Positions 1 to 9,097 of a DNA stretch of 41,480 nt are shown here, piece after piece. The translations under genes were made by a program, and so were the position numbers. The stretch covers positions 1-41,480 of the forward strand of contig CAUZBE010000001.1 in the NCBI GenBank assembly GCA_963577885.1, read 5' to 3'. Numbering within the stretch: position 1 is the stretch's first letter; each line of letters opens with the position of its first letter. The notes below the pieces were generated by a model. The model did not search any database and was not told the origin of the DNA. It saw only the letters and a program-made list of their open reading frames with translations. The stretch is from Alphaproteobacteria bacterium (GTDB lineage Bacteria > Pseudomonadota > Alphaproteobacteria > GCA-2731375).

Positions 1-992
1 TGAAAGAGGATCTGCCCCTTAGCATCGATATTCTGGCAGATATCCTGCAACGCTCTACTTTTGCCGAGGAAGAACTGGTGCGCGAGCGTGCGGTGGTGAT
101 CCAGGAAATCGGCCAGGCGGAAGATACCCCGGACGATATTATCTTCGACCGCCTGCAGGAGGTCTCATTTCCCGGCCAGGCTTTGGGGCGGTCCATCCTG
201 GGCCCGGTCGAAGGGGTCGCCAACATGGGCCGGGATGTTTTGTTCGATTTCATGGCGGAACATTATTCTGCCTCCCGCCTGTTGCTTTGTGCTGCCGGCG
301 CGGTTGAGCACGACAACCTGGTGGCCCTGGCCGAGCAGCATTTCGGCGGTCTGCGCCGTGGCGGCGACAATCCATTCGAGGTTGCCCAGTTTCAGGGCGG
401 CGACCGGCGCGATGAACGGGATCTGGAGCAGGTGCATTTCGCTCTCTCCCTGCCGGCCCTGCCCTATGATGATATGGATTTCTATCCCTTGCAGGTGATG
501 TCGTCGGTACTGGGCGGCGGCATGTCGTCGCGATTGTTCCAGGAGGTTCGGGAGAAACGCGGCCTGTGCTACTCCATCTTCTGTTTTGCCTCGTCCTATA
601 AAGATTGCGGCTCGTTCACCATCTATGCCGGCACCGGGGCCGAACAGATCAGGGAACTGGTGCCGGTGATCTGCGACGAGATGCTGCGCCTGAGCGGTGA
701 TGCGGACGCCGAAGAGGTGGCTCGGGCCCGCAGTCAGTTGAAGGCCGGCACCCTGATGTCCCTGGAAAGCTCCGCCGCGCGGGCCGAACAATTAGCCCGG
801 CAGACCCTGGTGTTCGGGCGGCAGATCCCGCTGGCGGAGCTGATTGAGCGGATTGATGCCGTGGATGTCGCCGCCGTGCGCCGGGTGGCGGAGCGAATCG
901 CCTCGGCCGGAAATCCCGCCGTCGTCGCCCTGGGACCCATCGCGGGCCTTGCCAGTCAGGCCGAAATTGCGGCAAGGTTTGCCAGAGGCTAG
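1..992 (+). CDS. M16 family zinc peptidase, C-terminal part (5' end lies upstream of the window)
   Basis: Frame 3 is open from nt 3 (KEDLPLSIDILADILQRSTFAEEELVRERAVVIQEIGQAEDTPDD...), upstream of the first Met of ORF 78..992. The translation has the M16/MPP-like pattern. Stop TAG at 990-992. Confidence 0.85.
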   Translation, partial: KEDLPLSIDILADILQRSTFAEEELVRERAVVIQEIGQAEDTPDDIIFDRLQEVSFPGQALGRSILGPVEGVANMGRDVLFDFMAEHYSASRLLLCAAGAVEHDNLVALAEQHFGGLRRGGDNPFEVAQFQGGDRRDERDLEQVHFALSLPALPYDDMDFYPLQVMSSVLGGGMSSRLFQEVREKRGLCYSIFCFASSYKDCGSFTIYAGTGAEQIRELVPVICDEMLRLSGDADAEEVARARSQLKAGTLMSLESSAARAEQLARQTLVFGRQIPLAELIERIDAVDVAAVRRVAERIASAGNPAVVALGPIAGLASQAEIAARFARG

Positions 993-1041
993 TTCGCACT
1001 GACGAAAAACACTGAAAACGCAACCGTGATGGGTCAACACC

Positions 1042-1638
1042 GTGTCGGCATTTCTGCGTAACCCACCCTGGCTTGGCAACCCGCCGACCCTGAAGGGCAA
1101 GCGGATCTACCTGCGCACTCCGCAATTGGTGGATTGGGCGGCCTGGGCGCGCCTGCGCACCGCCTCGCGCGATTTCCTCACGCCATGGGAGCCGACCTGG
1201 CTGGAAGACGAATTAACCAGGAACGCCTATCGCCGGCGCTTGCGCCGCTACGCCCGTGATGCCCGCGATGGCGTCGGCTATGCCTTTTTCGTGTTTCGTA
1301 GGGAGGATGACTGCCTGCTGGGCGGCATTACCTTGTCCAACGTCCGCCGCGGCGTGACCCAGTCCTGTTCCATGGGCTATTGGATGGGTCAGCAATTTTC
1401 CGGTAAAGGTTTAATGCAGGACGGCGTCTTAACCAGCCTGCCCTTTGTCTTTGATGAACTTGGCCTGCACCGCCTGGAAGCTGCCTGTCTGCCCAACAAC
1501 GATGCTTCGACCCGGGTTTTGCTCAAATCCGGTTTTCAGAAAGAGGGCTATGCGCGGAAATATCTGCGCATCAATGGAAAATGGAGTGACCACGTGCTGT
1601 TCGCCATGTTGCAGTCCGACCGCAAGGACGAGACCTAG
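1042..1638 (+). CDS. GNAT family N-acetyltransferase (RimJ/RimL-like)
   Basis: 198-aa ORF with a GTG start. It has the acetyltransferase core (GYWMGQQFSGKGLM ... LHRLEAACLPNNDASTRVLLKSGFQKEG) typical of ribosomal-protein acetyltransferase-like GNATs. Confidence 0.8.
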   Translation: MSAFLRNPPWLGNPPTLKGKRIYLRTPQLVDWAAWARLRTASRDFLTPWEPTWLEDELTRNAYRRRLRRYARDARDGVGYAFFVFRREDDCLLGGITLSNVRRGVTQSCSMGYWMGQQFSGKGLMQDGVLTSLPFVFDELGLHRLEAACLPNNDASTRVLLKSGFQKEGYARKYLRINGKWSDHVLFAMLQSDRKDET

Positions 1639-1648
1639 CTGGGTAAAT

Positions 1649-1969
1649 ATGCCATTCACTACCCATGACGCCGGCGTCGCGATCGCGGTGCGCCTGCGGC
1701 CCGGCGCCTCGGCCAACCGGATCGACGGCATTCAGACCATGGCGGATGGCAGCCGGCGCCTGGCGGTGCGGGTCACGGCGGTGCCGGAAAAGGGCAAGGC
1801 CAATCAGGCCATGATCAAGCTGCTGGCGAAGGCATGGGATGTGCCCCGCAGCCAACTGAGGGTCGTCGCCGGCGCCAAGGGCCGCAACAAAACCCTGCTG
1901 CTGCAAGGCGACCCAAATACCCATATGCAGATGCTGGACGCATGGCCTAGGCCGAAGACGGCCGATTGA
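1649..1969 (+). CDS. DUF167 (YggU) family protein
   Basis: Internal ATG at 1649 of ORF 1445..1969. MPFTTHDAGVAIAVRLRPGASANRIDG...VRVTAVPEKGKANQAMIKLLAKAWDVPRSQLRVVAGAKGRNKTLLL matches the DUF167 pattern. The 5' extension to 1445 overlaps the GNAT gene and is not protein-like. Confidence 0.8.
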   Translation: MPFTTHDAGVAIAVRLRPGASANRIDGIQTMADGSRRLAVRVTAVPEKGKANQAMIKLLAKAWDVPRSQLRVVAGAKGRNKTLLLQGDPNTHMQMLDAWPRPKTAD

Positions 1970-2029
1970 CGTTTGGAAATATTTTAGGCCGTGGGGACCA
2001 TGCGCAGGCTGGGCGCGTTCCAGGGCGAT

Positions 2030-3200
2030 ACGGCAGCCAAGCTCCGGCCGCTTGTTGGCGAAGCGGGCCGTTTCCTCGAAACCCATCATTGCCACGGTTT
2101 CCGTGATCTCGAATATCAGCTAGTCCGCGACATGCCCGATATATTGTCCGCCAGATTGACGTGCTTGACCGCCTCCATCTCTAGAAAGGCCAGCTCCAGG
2201 ATGTATTTATCCAGGCGGCGGATCAGGCCCAACTGCTCCACCACGGGAATGAAGAAAGCGGCCGGGATCAAATCGCCGTTTTAGTCCAGCATGCGCAATA
2301 GGAATTCATACAATTCAGACTCGCCGGTGACGCCATCGACGATGGGCTACACCGCAAAAGTCAGGCGGCCATCCTTCATGGCCCGCATGATCGCATCGCC
2401 GGTGGCCAGGGTCTTGCGCCGGGCGGCATCACGATTGGCGAGGCGCGGTGCAGGACAAAGTGGTCCCGCCCCTGCTGTTTCGCTTTCGACAGGGCCTCGC
2501 GGCTGGTACCCGCGTCCTTTGGTAATAGGGCCCCGCCCAGTGACAAGGACACCGCCAAGGGGCCGGCATCGGCGGTGCCATATCCATAGGTGTCATTCAG
2601 CATGCCAAGGAGATCGATATTAACCAGAAGATAGGCAGCCGGCGCGCCTACCCCATGGCAATCCGTCAGAACCTCGTCGAAAGCTCCCTGCAGGCGGGGG
2701 CGGTTCAGATGGCCGGTCAGGCCATAATAATAGGCCATTCGCTCAAAATCAGTTTGGCGATTTTTCAGCGGCGTGATGACGCGCATCCGGCCATAAAAAC
2801 GGGTTGGCTTGCCACGGGGCCCCGTTCGACATTGCCCCGTTCGTCAATCCATTCAAAGCCACCGTCTGCGGCGAAGCGTGAATTCGCAGGTACAGGAGAC
2901 ACCTTCATAAAACAGCCCGGACAGGGCTATGGCCCGGGCCGGTATATCGTCCGGGGCAATCCGCCGCTGCATATCGGTGACGAGACAAGGAATATCCTTG
3001 CCCGTCGTACCGAGAATCTTCGCCGCGCCTTCAGACCATTGCAATTGACCCGATGGGATATACCAACAATACACAGCTTCCCCATCGCGCTGAAGGTTTG
3101 CGCCAGCAGGTCAGGTTTCCAGACGGAGCGGGTATCCATCGGTATTTTCGAGGGCTTTGTCGGGAGCATTGTGGGCGATCGCAGTCCCATGTTTGTCAGA
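2030..3200 (-). pseudogene. Degraded PAS-GGDEF-EAL signalling protein gene
   Basis: Minus-strand pieces lie in different frames. PAS: YCWYIPSGQLQWSEGAAKILG...IAPDD...CEFTLRRR. GGDEF: YYYGLTGHLNRPRL...NIDLLGMLNDTYGYG...AKQQGRDHF. EAL: FAV*PIVDGVTGE..YEFLLRMLD*NGDLIPAAFFIPVVEQLGLIRRLDKYILELAF ... AD*LIFEITETVAMMGFEETARFANK..LGCRIAL. In-frame stops at 2347-2349 (TAG), 2281-2283 (TAA) and 2120-2122 (TAG). The GGDEF core is deleted and the EAL domain is cut off after IAL near 2030. Boundaries are approximate. Confidence 0.65.
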
Positions 3201-3326
3201 TTGGTCAAGACGGACGGTCCGCCCCATAGATAAGCGCGAAGTTTATCTGGGCAGGCATTAAGAATTCCAAAATGCGGATAGTTAACGAGATGCCTGTCGG
3301 GGCGCATATTGGCCTTGGAGGTATAA

Positions 3327-4034
3327 TTAATCCGCAAGTCGGAGGCGTGAAAATTCCCGCAGAAAATAGGCTAATAAATTAACCCCCAGGGAAACCAGCA
3401 ATAAGACGATTCCTAGGCCCAGGGCCTTGGCCAAATCGCCCTTGCTAGCTTCCAGGGCGATGGTTGTCGTCATGACGCGAGTCACGTGATCGATATTGCC
3501 GCCGACAACCATCACCGCGCCGACTTCCGCCGTCGCCCGGCCAAATCCGGCCAGGACCGCCGTCAAAAGGGCGAAACGGCCATCCCACAGCAGAACCGAA
3601 AGCTGGCCCAGGGGCGGCACCCCCAATGACTGCAATTGCTCCCGGTATTCCAGCCACATCTCTTCCATCACCTGGCGGCTGAGGGCGGCGATGATAGGCA
3701 GTACCAGAATGAATTGCGCGATGATCATGGCGGTGGGCGTGAACAACAGGCCGAACACGCCAAACGGGCCGGCCCGGGACAGGGCAAGGTAGACCACCAG
3801 GCCTACAACCACGGGGGGCAGCCCCATCAGGGCGTTCAGGCAGACCACCAGAACCCGCCGGCCCGGAAAGCGGAACAGCGCGGCCACGGCGCCGAGGGGC
3901 AGGCCGATGACGGTGGCGATGGCGACGGCGGTTAAACTGACTTGCAAGGACAGCAGGACGATGTCCCGCAAATAGCCGTCGCCCCGGCTCAACAGCTCGA
4001 ACGCACTGGCCAGCGCGGGCCATAGATCCGTCAT
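3327..4034 (-). CDS. ABC transporter permease, TupB-like (COG4662-type anion/tungstate permease family)
   Basis: 235-aa polytopic membrane protein. The C-terminal GNIDHVTRVMTTTIALEASKGDLAKALGLGIVLL motif resembles tungstate-type ABC permeases. Its ATG (4034) overlaps the upstream stop as ATGA. No ATPase or binding-protein gene is adjacent. Confidence 0.7.
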   Translation of the reverse strand: MTDLWPALASAFELLSRGDGYLRDIVLLSLQVSLTAVAIATVIGLPLGAVAALFRFPGRRVLVVCLNALMGLPPVVVGLVVYLALSRAGPFGVFGLLFTPTAMIIAQFILVLPIIAALSRQVMEEMWLEYREQLQSLGVPPLGQLSVLLWDGRFALLTAVLAGFGRATAEVGAVMVVGGNIDHVTRVMTTTIALEASKGDLAKALGLGIVLLLVSLGVNLLAYFLREFSRLRLAD

Positions 4035-4972
4035 GGACCCGCCGTTGGTGGTGGTAGGGATACAGGCAGGGGCGTTTGCGCCCTGAAACTATCCGCAATT
4101 TCCAGGGCGGTGGCGAACCATAGACCGTTCATCTGCCGCAAATGCGCCAGGATCTCGTCCAAATAACGAATGCGCTGGGGCTGTCCGATGACCCAGGGGT
4201 GCAGGCCCAGGCTCATCATGCGTCCGCCCGCGGCGCTATCCGCATGCAAGCGGTCGGCGGCTTCCCTGACAACCTGGCCATAGCGCGGCGCGGACAGGTA
4301 ACGCAGGGCCATCAGGGTGGCATCGTCCCATTCCAGGTGATAGGGTAAAGACACGAGGGGCGGGGTCAGGGTCAGCCAATAGGGTTGGTCGTCATTGGGC
4401 CAATCGCCAAGATAATTGGCGCCGGCGCTGGCCAATAGTTGCGGTGTGCGCGGGCTTTCACCAAAATCCTGGCCGATCCAGCCAACCCGCCCCGCGCCGC
4501 TGTTTTGGCGCGCCACCGCCATGGCCTCGGCAATATAGTCTTCTTCCTGGGCCGCGCTCATGCGTGAGGTGATCATGCGGGTGGCGTAATTGCCATGGGC
4601 GGCGATTTCATAGCCCCGGCGCAGGCATTCTTCGATCAACTGCGGCCGTTCCCGGTAGAGCGCCGCATTGGCGGCCACGGTAACCGGGATCTGATAACGG
4701 TCCAGCACCTCCAGGATGCGGAAAATACCAACCCGGTTGCCATATTCCCGGGTCGAATAGGTTCGGTAGTCGGGAAAATAATTGCCGAACTCACCACGAA
4801 AGCGGCTATCGCGAATGGCCGAAGCGGGCGGCTGCAATTCCCATTGTTCCAGGTACAGAACGACCCACATGGCTAGCCTCTTGCCATTAGGCCATGCCAG
4901 GGCCGGCCGAGTGGGAATCGCAGAAAAGGCATACAGATCATGATCCATGCCGGGTTCGCGGTAGTTAGCCAT
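4031..4972 (-). CDS. Polysaccharide deacetylase (CE4/NodB) family protein, PuuE-like
   Basis: Start taken at the internal ATG 4972 (MANYREPGMDHDLYAF...). EYGNRVGIFRILEVLDRYQIPVTVAANAALYRERPQLIEECLRRGYEIAAHG ... LGLHPWVIGQPQRIRYL aligns by eye with the PuuE allantoinase fold. It overlaps the upstream paralog by 8 nt. Confidence 0.75.
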   Translation of the reverse strand: MANYREPGMDHDLYAFSAIPTRPALAWPNGKRLAMWVVLYLEQWELQPPASAIRDSRFRGEFGNYFPDYRTYSTREYGNRVGIFRILEVLDRYQIPVTVAANAALYRERPQLIEECLRRGYEIAAHGNYATRMITSRMSAAQEEDYIAEAMAVARQNSGAGRVGWIGQDFGESPRTPQLLASAGANYLGDWPNDDQPYWLTLTPPLVSLPYHLEWDDATLMALRYLSAPRYGQVVREAADRLHADSAAGGRMMSLGLHPWVIGQPQRIRYLDEILAHLRQMNGLWFATALEIADSFRAQTPLPVSLPPPTAGP

Positions 4973-5873
4973 CGGCGCGCCCCGTGCCCAGGTGCGCGGT
5001 GACCTGGTCCCACATTTGATCGTAGTACCAATCGGCGATTTCCTCGCCCGTGGCCTGCCAGACGCCATCGTGGGACAGGATGTACTCCAGGGCCTGTTCC
5101 AAATAGCCGATGCGGTGGGGCTGCCCCAATATATAGGGGTGCAGGGCCAGGCACATGATGCGGGGCTGGTCCGCCCCCTCTCGATAAATGGTATCGAAAT
5201 AATCCCGCACCATGGTCAGGAAATCGCCGCCCTCTTGGGCCCGGTTGTAGAGCACCGCATCATTCAGCTCCATGGAGTAGGGTACGGTCAAAAGCCGGCC
5301 CTTGCGCACGTTCATGGGCCCCGGTTGGTCGTCGTGATACCAATCGGCGTAGTATTTTATGCCCGCCTCGGCCACCAGATCCGGGGTGTTCATGGTGTGC
5401 GAGGCCGCTGGCGAGAACCAGCCGGGCAACTGTTGTCCGGTCAGGCGGCGATAGGTATTGACGCAATCCTGGATGATCGCCCTTTCGTCGGCCTCCCCCA
5501 GCCCCCACAGATACTGGGTGTTGTAGATGCCATGGCACAGCACGTCCCACCGCCTCTCCTCGCAGGCCGCCATGATTTCTGGGTAATGCTCAAACACGCC
5601 CAGGTTCAGGGATACGGTACAGCGCACATTAAAGCGGTCCATGACGTCGATCATGCGCCACAGACCCACCCGGTTGCCGTAATCCTTGATGCCGTAGCCC
5701 AGCACGTCCGGATGGGGCATGCGTGGCCAGGGGTCGCGGATACGCACCGGGTCGGGCAGGTATTCGTAATGTTCAATATTTGGGCAGACCCATAAGGCCA
5801 CCCGAGCCCCGCCGGGTAGTTTCAGTTTGGGCCGGTCGTTGATCGGTGAATAGGTCAGGCGCTGTGTTGTCAT
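4965..5873 (-). CDS. Polysaccharide deacetylase (CE4/NodB) family protein, PuuE-like (paralog of 4031..4972)
   Basis: Start at the internal ATG 5873 (MTTQRLTYSPINDRPKLKLPGGARVALWV...). DYGNRVGLWRMIDVMDRFNVRCTVSLN...VLCHG ... LALHPYILGQPHRIGYL has the same architecture as the downstream gene. Confidence 0.75.
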   Translation of the reverse strand: MTTQRLTYSPINDRPKLKLPGGARVALWVCPNIEHYEYLPDPVRIRDPWPRMPHPDVLGYGIKDYGNRVGLWRMIDVMDRFNVRCTVSLNLGVFEHYPEIMAACEERRWDVLCHGIYNTQYLWGLGEADERAIIQDCVNTYRRLTGQQLPGWFSPAASHTMNTPDLVAEAGIKYYADWYHDDQPGPMNVRKGRLLTVPYSMELNDAVLYNRAQEGGDFLTMVRDYFDTIYREGADQPRIMCLALHPYILGQPHRIGYLEQALEYILSHDGVWQATGEEIADWYYDQMWDQVTAHLGTGRADG

Positions 5874-5961
5874 GAGCAAATCTTGCCACAGGCTTGAGCC
5901 AGACCCAAGCTCGGCGCACAATGGTGGGCCAATTTCATACAAATCATGTTGGAGCCAAACC

Positions 5962-6882
5962 ATGTACCCTCAACCGACCGTGATTGAACCCACCGTCTTT
6001 GCCCAGGTGCCCGACGAGCTGCAACTGATGGACAAGGAATCCCATATGTCGCGGGATATATTCCGTGGCCGGCCCCTGGGTTCCTTCCTGGAGGGGCCGT
6101 CGTTCGACCGTGACGGCAATCTCTACGTGGTCGATATCGCCCATGGCCGTGTTTTTAAGATTTCTCCAAGTGGTGAATTCGATGTGGCCGCCGATTATGA
6201 CGGTAGCCCCAATGGCCTGAAAATCCACCAGGACGGCCGTATCTTCGTGGCGGACCGGCGCAACGGCATCATGGAAATAGATTCGGTGAACGGCAAGGTT
6301 TCGACCTATATCGGGCCGGATAAACTGCCCGGTTACAAGGGGGTGAATGACCTGTTTTTCGCCTCCAACGGCGATCTTTATTTCACCGATCAGGGCGATA
6401 CGGGCCTGCATGATCCGACCGGCCGGGTCTTTCGCTGGGATGCCAAGGACGCCTTGCATTGCCTGGTCGACAACGTACCCAGCCCCAACGGTCTGGTGAT
6501 GGACCCGGACGAAAGCCAGCTGTACATCGCCGTGACCCGGACCAATTCGGTCTGGCGCATGCCCTTTCGCCAGGACGGCAGCATCAACCGGGTCGGCCTG
6601 TTCGCGCAACTGGTGGGCGGCATGGGCCCCGACGGCATGGCCATGGACGTGGACGGCAACCTTAGCATCGCGCATGCCGGGTTCGGCGCTGTCTGGCTGT
6701 TCTCGGCCCTGGGCCTGCCGGTCTATAAGATCCCCGATCCCGATGGCAGCCTGCTGACCACCAATCTGGCTTATGGTGGCGCGGATAATCGTTCGCTGTT
6801 CATCACATCGTCGTTCAGCGGCAAGATCTTGCGGGCCGAGTTGCCAACGCCCGGAAAGATCATGTATTCGCACATGAGGTAG
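5962..6882 (+). CDS. SMP-30/gluconolactonase/LRE family protein
   Basis: ATG 5962 preceded by GGAG (5951-5954). Beta-propeller signatures: EGPSFDRDGNLYVVD, SPNGLKIHQDGRIFVAD, NDLFFASNGDLYFTD, PNGLVMDPDESQLYIA, GPDGMAMDVDGNL. Confidence 0.85.
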   Translation: MYPQPTVIEPTVFAQVPDELQLMDKESHMSRDIFRGRPLGSFLEGPSFDRDGNLYVVDIAHGRVFKISPSGEFDVAADYDGSPNGLKIHQDGRIFVADRRNGIMEIDSVNGKVSTYIGPDKLPGYKGVNDLFFASNGDLYFTDQGDTGLHDPTGRVFRWDAKDALHCLVDNVPSPNGLVMDPDESQLYIAVTRTNSVWRMPFRQDGSINRVGLFAQLVGGMGPDGMAMDVDGNLSIAHAGFGAVWLFSALGLPVYKIPDPDGSLLTTNLAYGGADNRSLFITSSFSGKILRAELPTPGKIMYSHMR

Positions 6883-6905
6883 AAGCGGCGGACCAGGAGT
6901 GCAAT

Positions 6906-7928
6906 ATGACCTTGAAACTAGGTTTGATGACCGGCTATTGGGGCGCGCAACCGCCTCGGGATTTGATTGCTCTGGCCCAGCGTGCCGAGGCACTGGGCTA
7001 TTATGGATTTTTCACGGCCGAGGCCTATGGCTCCGATGCCCTGACGCCCCTGGCCTGGGTTGGCGCCCATACCAAAAAGATCAAGCTGGGCACCGCGATC
7101 GTGCAAATTTCCGCACGCACGCCGACTGCAACCGCCATGCATGCCCTGACCCTGGATCATCTTTCCAGCGGCCGGGTGATCCTCGGCCTTGGCGTCTCCG
7201 GCCCCCAGGTGGTGGAAGGTTGGTACGGCCAGCCCTTCGCCAAGCCCCTGGCCCGGACGCGGGAATATATCGACATCATCCGCCAGGTGTTGGCCCGCGG
7301 GGCCCCGGTACAAAGCCCCGGCCCACATTACACCATCCCCTACCCGGAAGACGCCCCAGGCTCCTGGGGCTTGGGCAAACCGTTGAAGCCGATCACCCAT
7401 CCCCTGCGCGCCGATATTCCCATCTTTCTGGGCGCGGAAGGGCCGAAGAACGTCGCCATGGCGGCGGAAGTCTGCGACGGCTGGTTCCCGCTGTACTATT
7501 CTCCGGAGCGCGAGGCGGTTTATGCCGACGCCATCGCCGGACGCCCGGACGGCTTTGAAATCATGTATCCCATGAAACTACACATCACCGACGATCTGGA
7601 AGCTGGGCGCCTAGAAGTGAAAAAAGATCTGGCCCTGTACGTGGGCGGCATGGGTGCGCGGGACCGTAATTTTCATAACGAACTGGTGGTCCGCCTGGGC
7701 TACGGCGAGGCGGCGGCGCGGATCCAGGATCTGTACCTGGATGGCAAAAAGGCCGAAGCGGTGGCCGCCGTGCCCGACGAACTGGTGGACGACATCGCCC
7801 TGGTGGGGCCGAAAGACCGTATCAAACAGCGCCTGGCGGCCTGGGAAGACAGCGCCGTGACCTCGCTATTAGTCTGGCCCCAAACCGATGGGGACCTGGA
7901 AACCTACGCCGAATTGATCCTGGATTAA
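6906..7928 (+). CDS. Luciferase-like monooxygenase (LLM) class oxidoreductase, F420-type subfamily by resemblance
   Basis: 340 aa with RBS AGGAG upstream. MTLKLGLMTGYWG...AEALGYYGFFTAEAYGSDALTPLAWVGAHTKKIKLGTAIVQISARTP...ILGLGVSGPQVVEGWYG is the typical LLM TIM-barrel pattern. Confidence 0.8.
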   Translation: MTLKLGLMTGYWGAQPPRDLIALAQRAEALGYYGFFTAEAYGSDALTPLAWVGAHTKKIKLGTAIVQISARTPTATAMHALTLDHLSSGRVILGLGVSGPQVVEGWYGQPFAKPLARTREYIDIIRQVLARGAPVQSPGPHYTIPYPEDAPGSWGLGKPLKPITHPLRADIPIFLGAEGPKNVAMAAEVCDGWFPLYYSPEREAVYADAIAGRPDGFEIMYPMKLHITDDLEAGRLEVKKDLALYVGGMGARDRNFHNELVVRLGYGEAAARIQDLYLDGKKAEAVAAVPDELVDDIALVGPKDRIKQRLAAWEDSAVTSLLVWPQTDGDLETYAELILD

Positions 7929-8089
7929 GGAGGCAACCCCTACATTTAGAGTAGACGGACTATACTTGGTGCATCATGAAAACGGCGGCTCCCCATAATT
8001 AGGCGGGACCGCCATCTCTCATCTGCCGTAACATGTTCGGTTTACCTTTCCATCGCCGATATACAGTTAGGCAGTGTTGATCGTCTCCG

Positions 8090-8296
8090 TTATCCAGCTT
8101 TACGACGCCTAGCGAAGCCGAGACCCGCGAGGCTGAGACCGAACAGGGTCGGGGTGGCGGGTTCCGGAACCGCTATCGCGGTGAACAACTGCACATTGTC
8201 TCCGCTTTCGCCTTGATCAGTAGGGCTGTAGAAGTTTATGCGGCCGATGAGATCACCACCGGTCGTTTGAACGCCCAGAAAATTGCGGTCGACGCC
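8090..8296 (-). pseudogene. Remnant of a PEP-CTERM sorting-signal protein (C-terminal 68 codons only)
   Basis: The minus frame is open only between TAG (8297-8299) and TAA (8090-8092). It reads ...GESGDNVQLFTAIAVPEPATPTLFGLSLAGLGFARRRKAG*, which is VPEP + hydrophobic helix + RRRK. No start codon or signal peptide lies upstream. The surrounding 7929-8580 is visibly AT-richer and noncoding. Confidence 0.6.
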
Positions 8297-8580
8297 CTAA
8301 TGGCCGCGGATCTAATTTTCAATATCCAAGTTTCATGCCAGTTCGGTTAAACTACGGTTTTGCGCGGAATACGATGGTTTGCGAGCACAGGATGGAAGCT
8401 GGAATCGTAAAGAATTTCGACGGCGGTCGAAAAAATATTGTTAATGTCCTAGACCGTCGAAGGTCCGGTATTTACCAATTGCCGCGGTAAAAAGGACGCC
8501 TCCGGCAAGCCAAAATGTCGTGGGTACCTATATTAACCGGATAGGCACGGAACCAACGACTGCACGCCAACAGGGAGTAT

Positions 8581-9072
8581 ATGACCATGTCCGATGCCGA
8601 ACGCATTACCGCGTTGGAACGCCGCCTGGGCCTGTTGGAAGACAAAGACGCTATTCGCGCCCTGCGCGACAGCTACCACGCCTGTATCAACGATGGCCAC
8701 TATGATCAGATCGCCGAGCTGTTTACTGACGATGCGGTGGTCGAGCTGGGCTACTTGGCCCGATACGAGGGCCGGGAGGCGATCAATACGGGCTTTCGCG
8801 GCATGGGCGAGCGGGAGCGCTTTTTCATTAAGCAATATATCCACAGCCACCAGATCCAGGTCGCGGACGACGGGGGCACCGGCGTCTCGTACCTGGAGGC
8901 ACGCTATGGCCGCTTCGGCGTTTCATATCTCGTCTCCGGCCGTTACGACGACCGCTACCAGCGCGTCGACGGCGTCTGGCGCTTCGCGGAGATGATCGCG
9001 ACCCTATACTACACCGTGCCCGCCGGGGTCGGCTGGACCGGCGATGACATGCATTACCTGCGGCCACGCTGA
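8581..9072 (+). CDS. NTF2-like / SnoaL-like domain protein
   Basis: 163 aa with RBS GGGAG at 8573-8577. ITALERRLGLLEDKDAIRALRDSYHACINDGHYDQIAELFTDDAVVE...DDRYQRVDGVWRFAEM is the usual SnoaL_4 / ring-hydroxylating beta-subunit-like pattern. Confidence 0.7.
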   Translation: MTMSDAERITALERRLGLLEDKDAIRALRDSYHACINDGHYDQIAELFTDDAVVELGYLARYEGREAINTGFRGMGERERFFIKQYIHSHQIQVADDGGTGVSYLEARYGRFGVSYLVSGRYDDRYQRVDGVWRFAEMIATLYYTVPAGVGWTGDDMHYLRPR

Positions 9073-9097
9073 TTACCCATAGGAAGGAACTGCAAAA

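Noticed and set aside
1445-1648. 5' extensions offered by the ORF track. Examples: 1445 for DUF167, 5068 for the deacetylase, 5963 for its paralog, 11659 for CobW, 40173 for waaA, 33813 for xseA, 16674 for chorismate mutase, 22110 for the amidohydrolase.
   Set aside because: The extensions overlap neighbouring genes or are Arg/Pro-rich. The internal starts have SD-like sequences or stop-start overlaps, and they give family-typical N-termini.
3234-3326. Possible remnant of the missing ABC ATPase downstream of the TupB-like permease (YLWGGPSVLTNLTN vaguely like a Walker A region).
   Set aside because: The similarity is too weak (no GxxGxGK[ST]). The same DNA is better explained as the N-terminal part of the degraded PAS-GGDEF-EAL gene.
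5944-6993. Long ORFs antisense to or overlapping confident genes. Examples: 165..791(-), 4992..5795(+), 5944..6993(-), 10763..11533(+), 11064..12263(+), 12396..13217(+), 17777..18700(-), 22302..22979(-), 27230..28192(-), 31714..32670(+), 32841..33626(+), 35471..36226(-).
   Set aside because: Their translations are Arg/Gly/Pro/Ala-rich and low in complexity, with no family signatures. Each lies opposite a gene with clear motifs. This is the usual stop-codon-poor antisense artefact of high-GC DNA.
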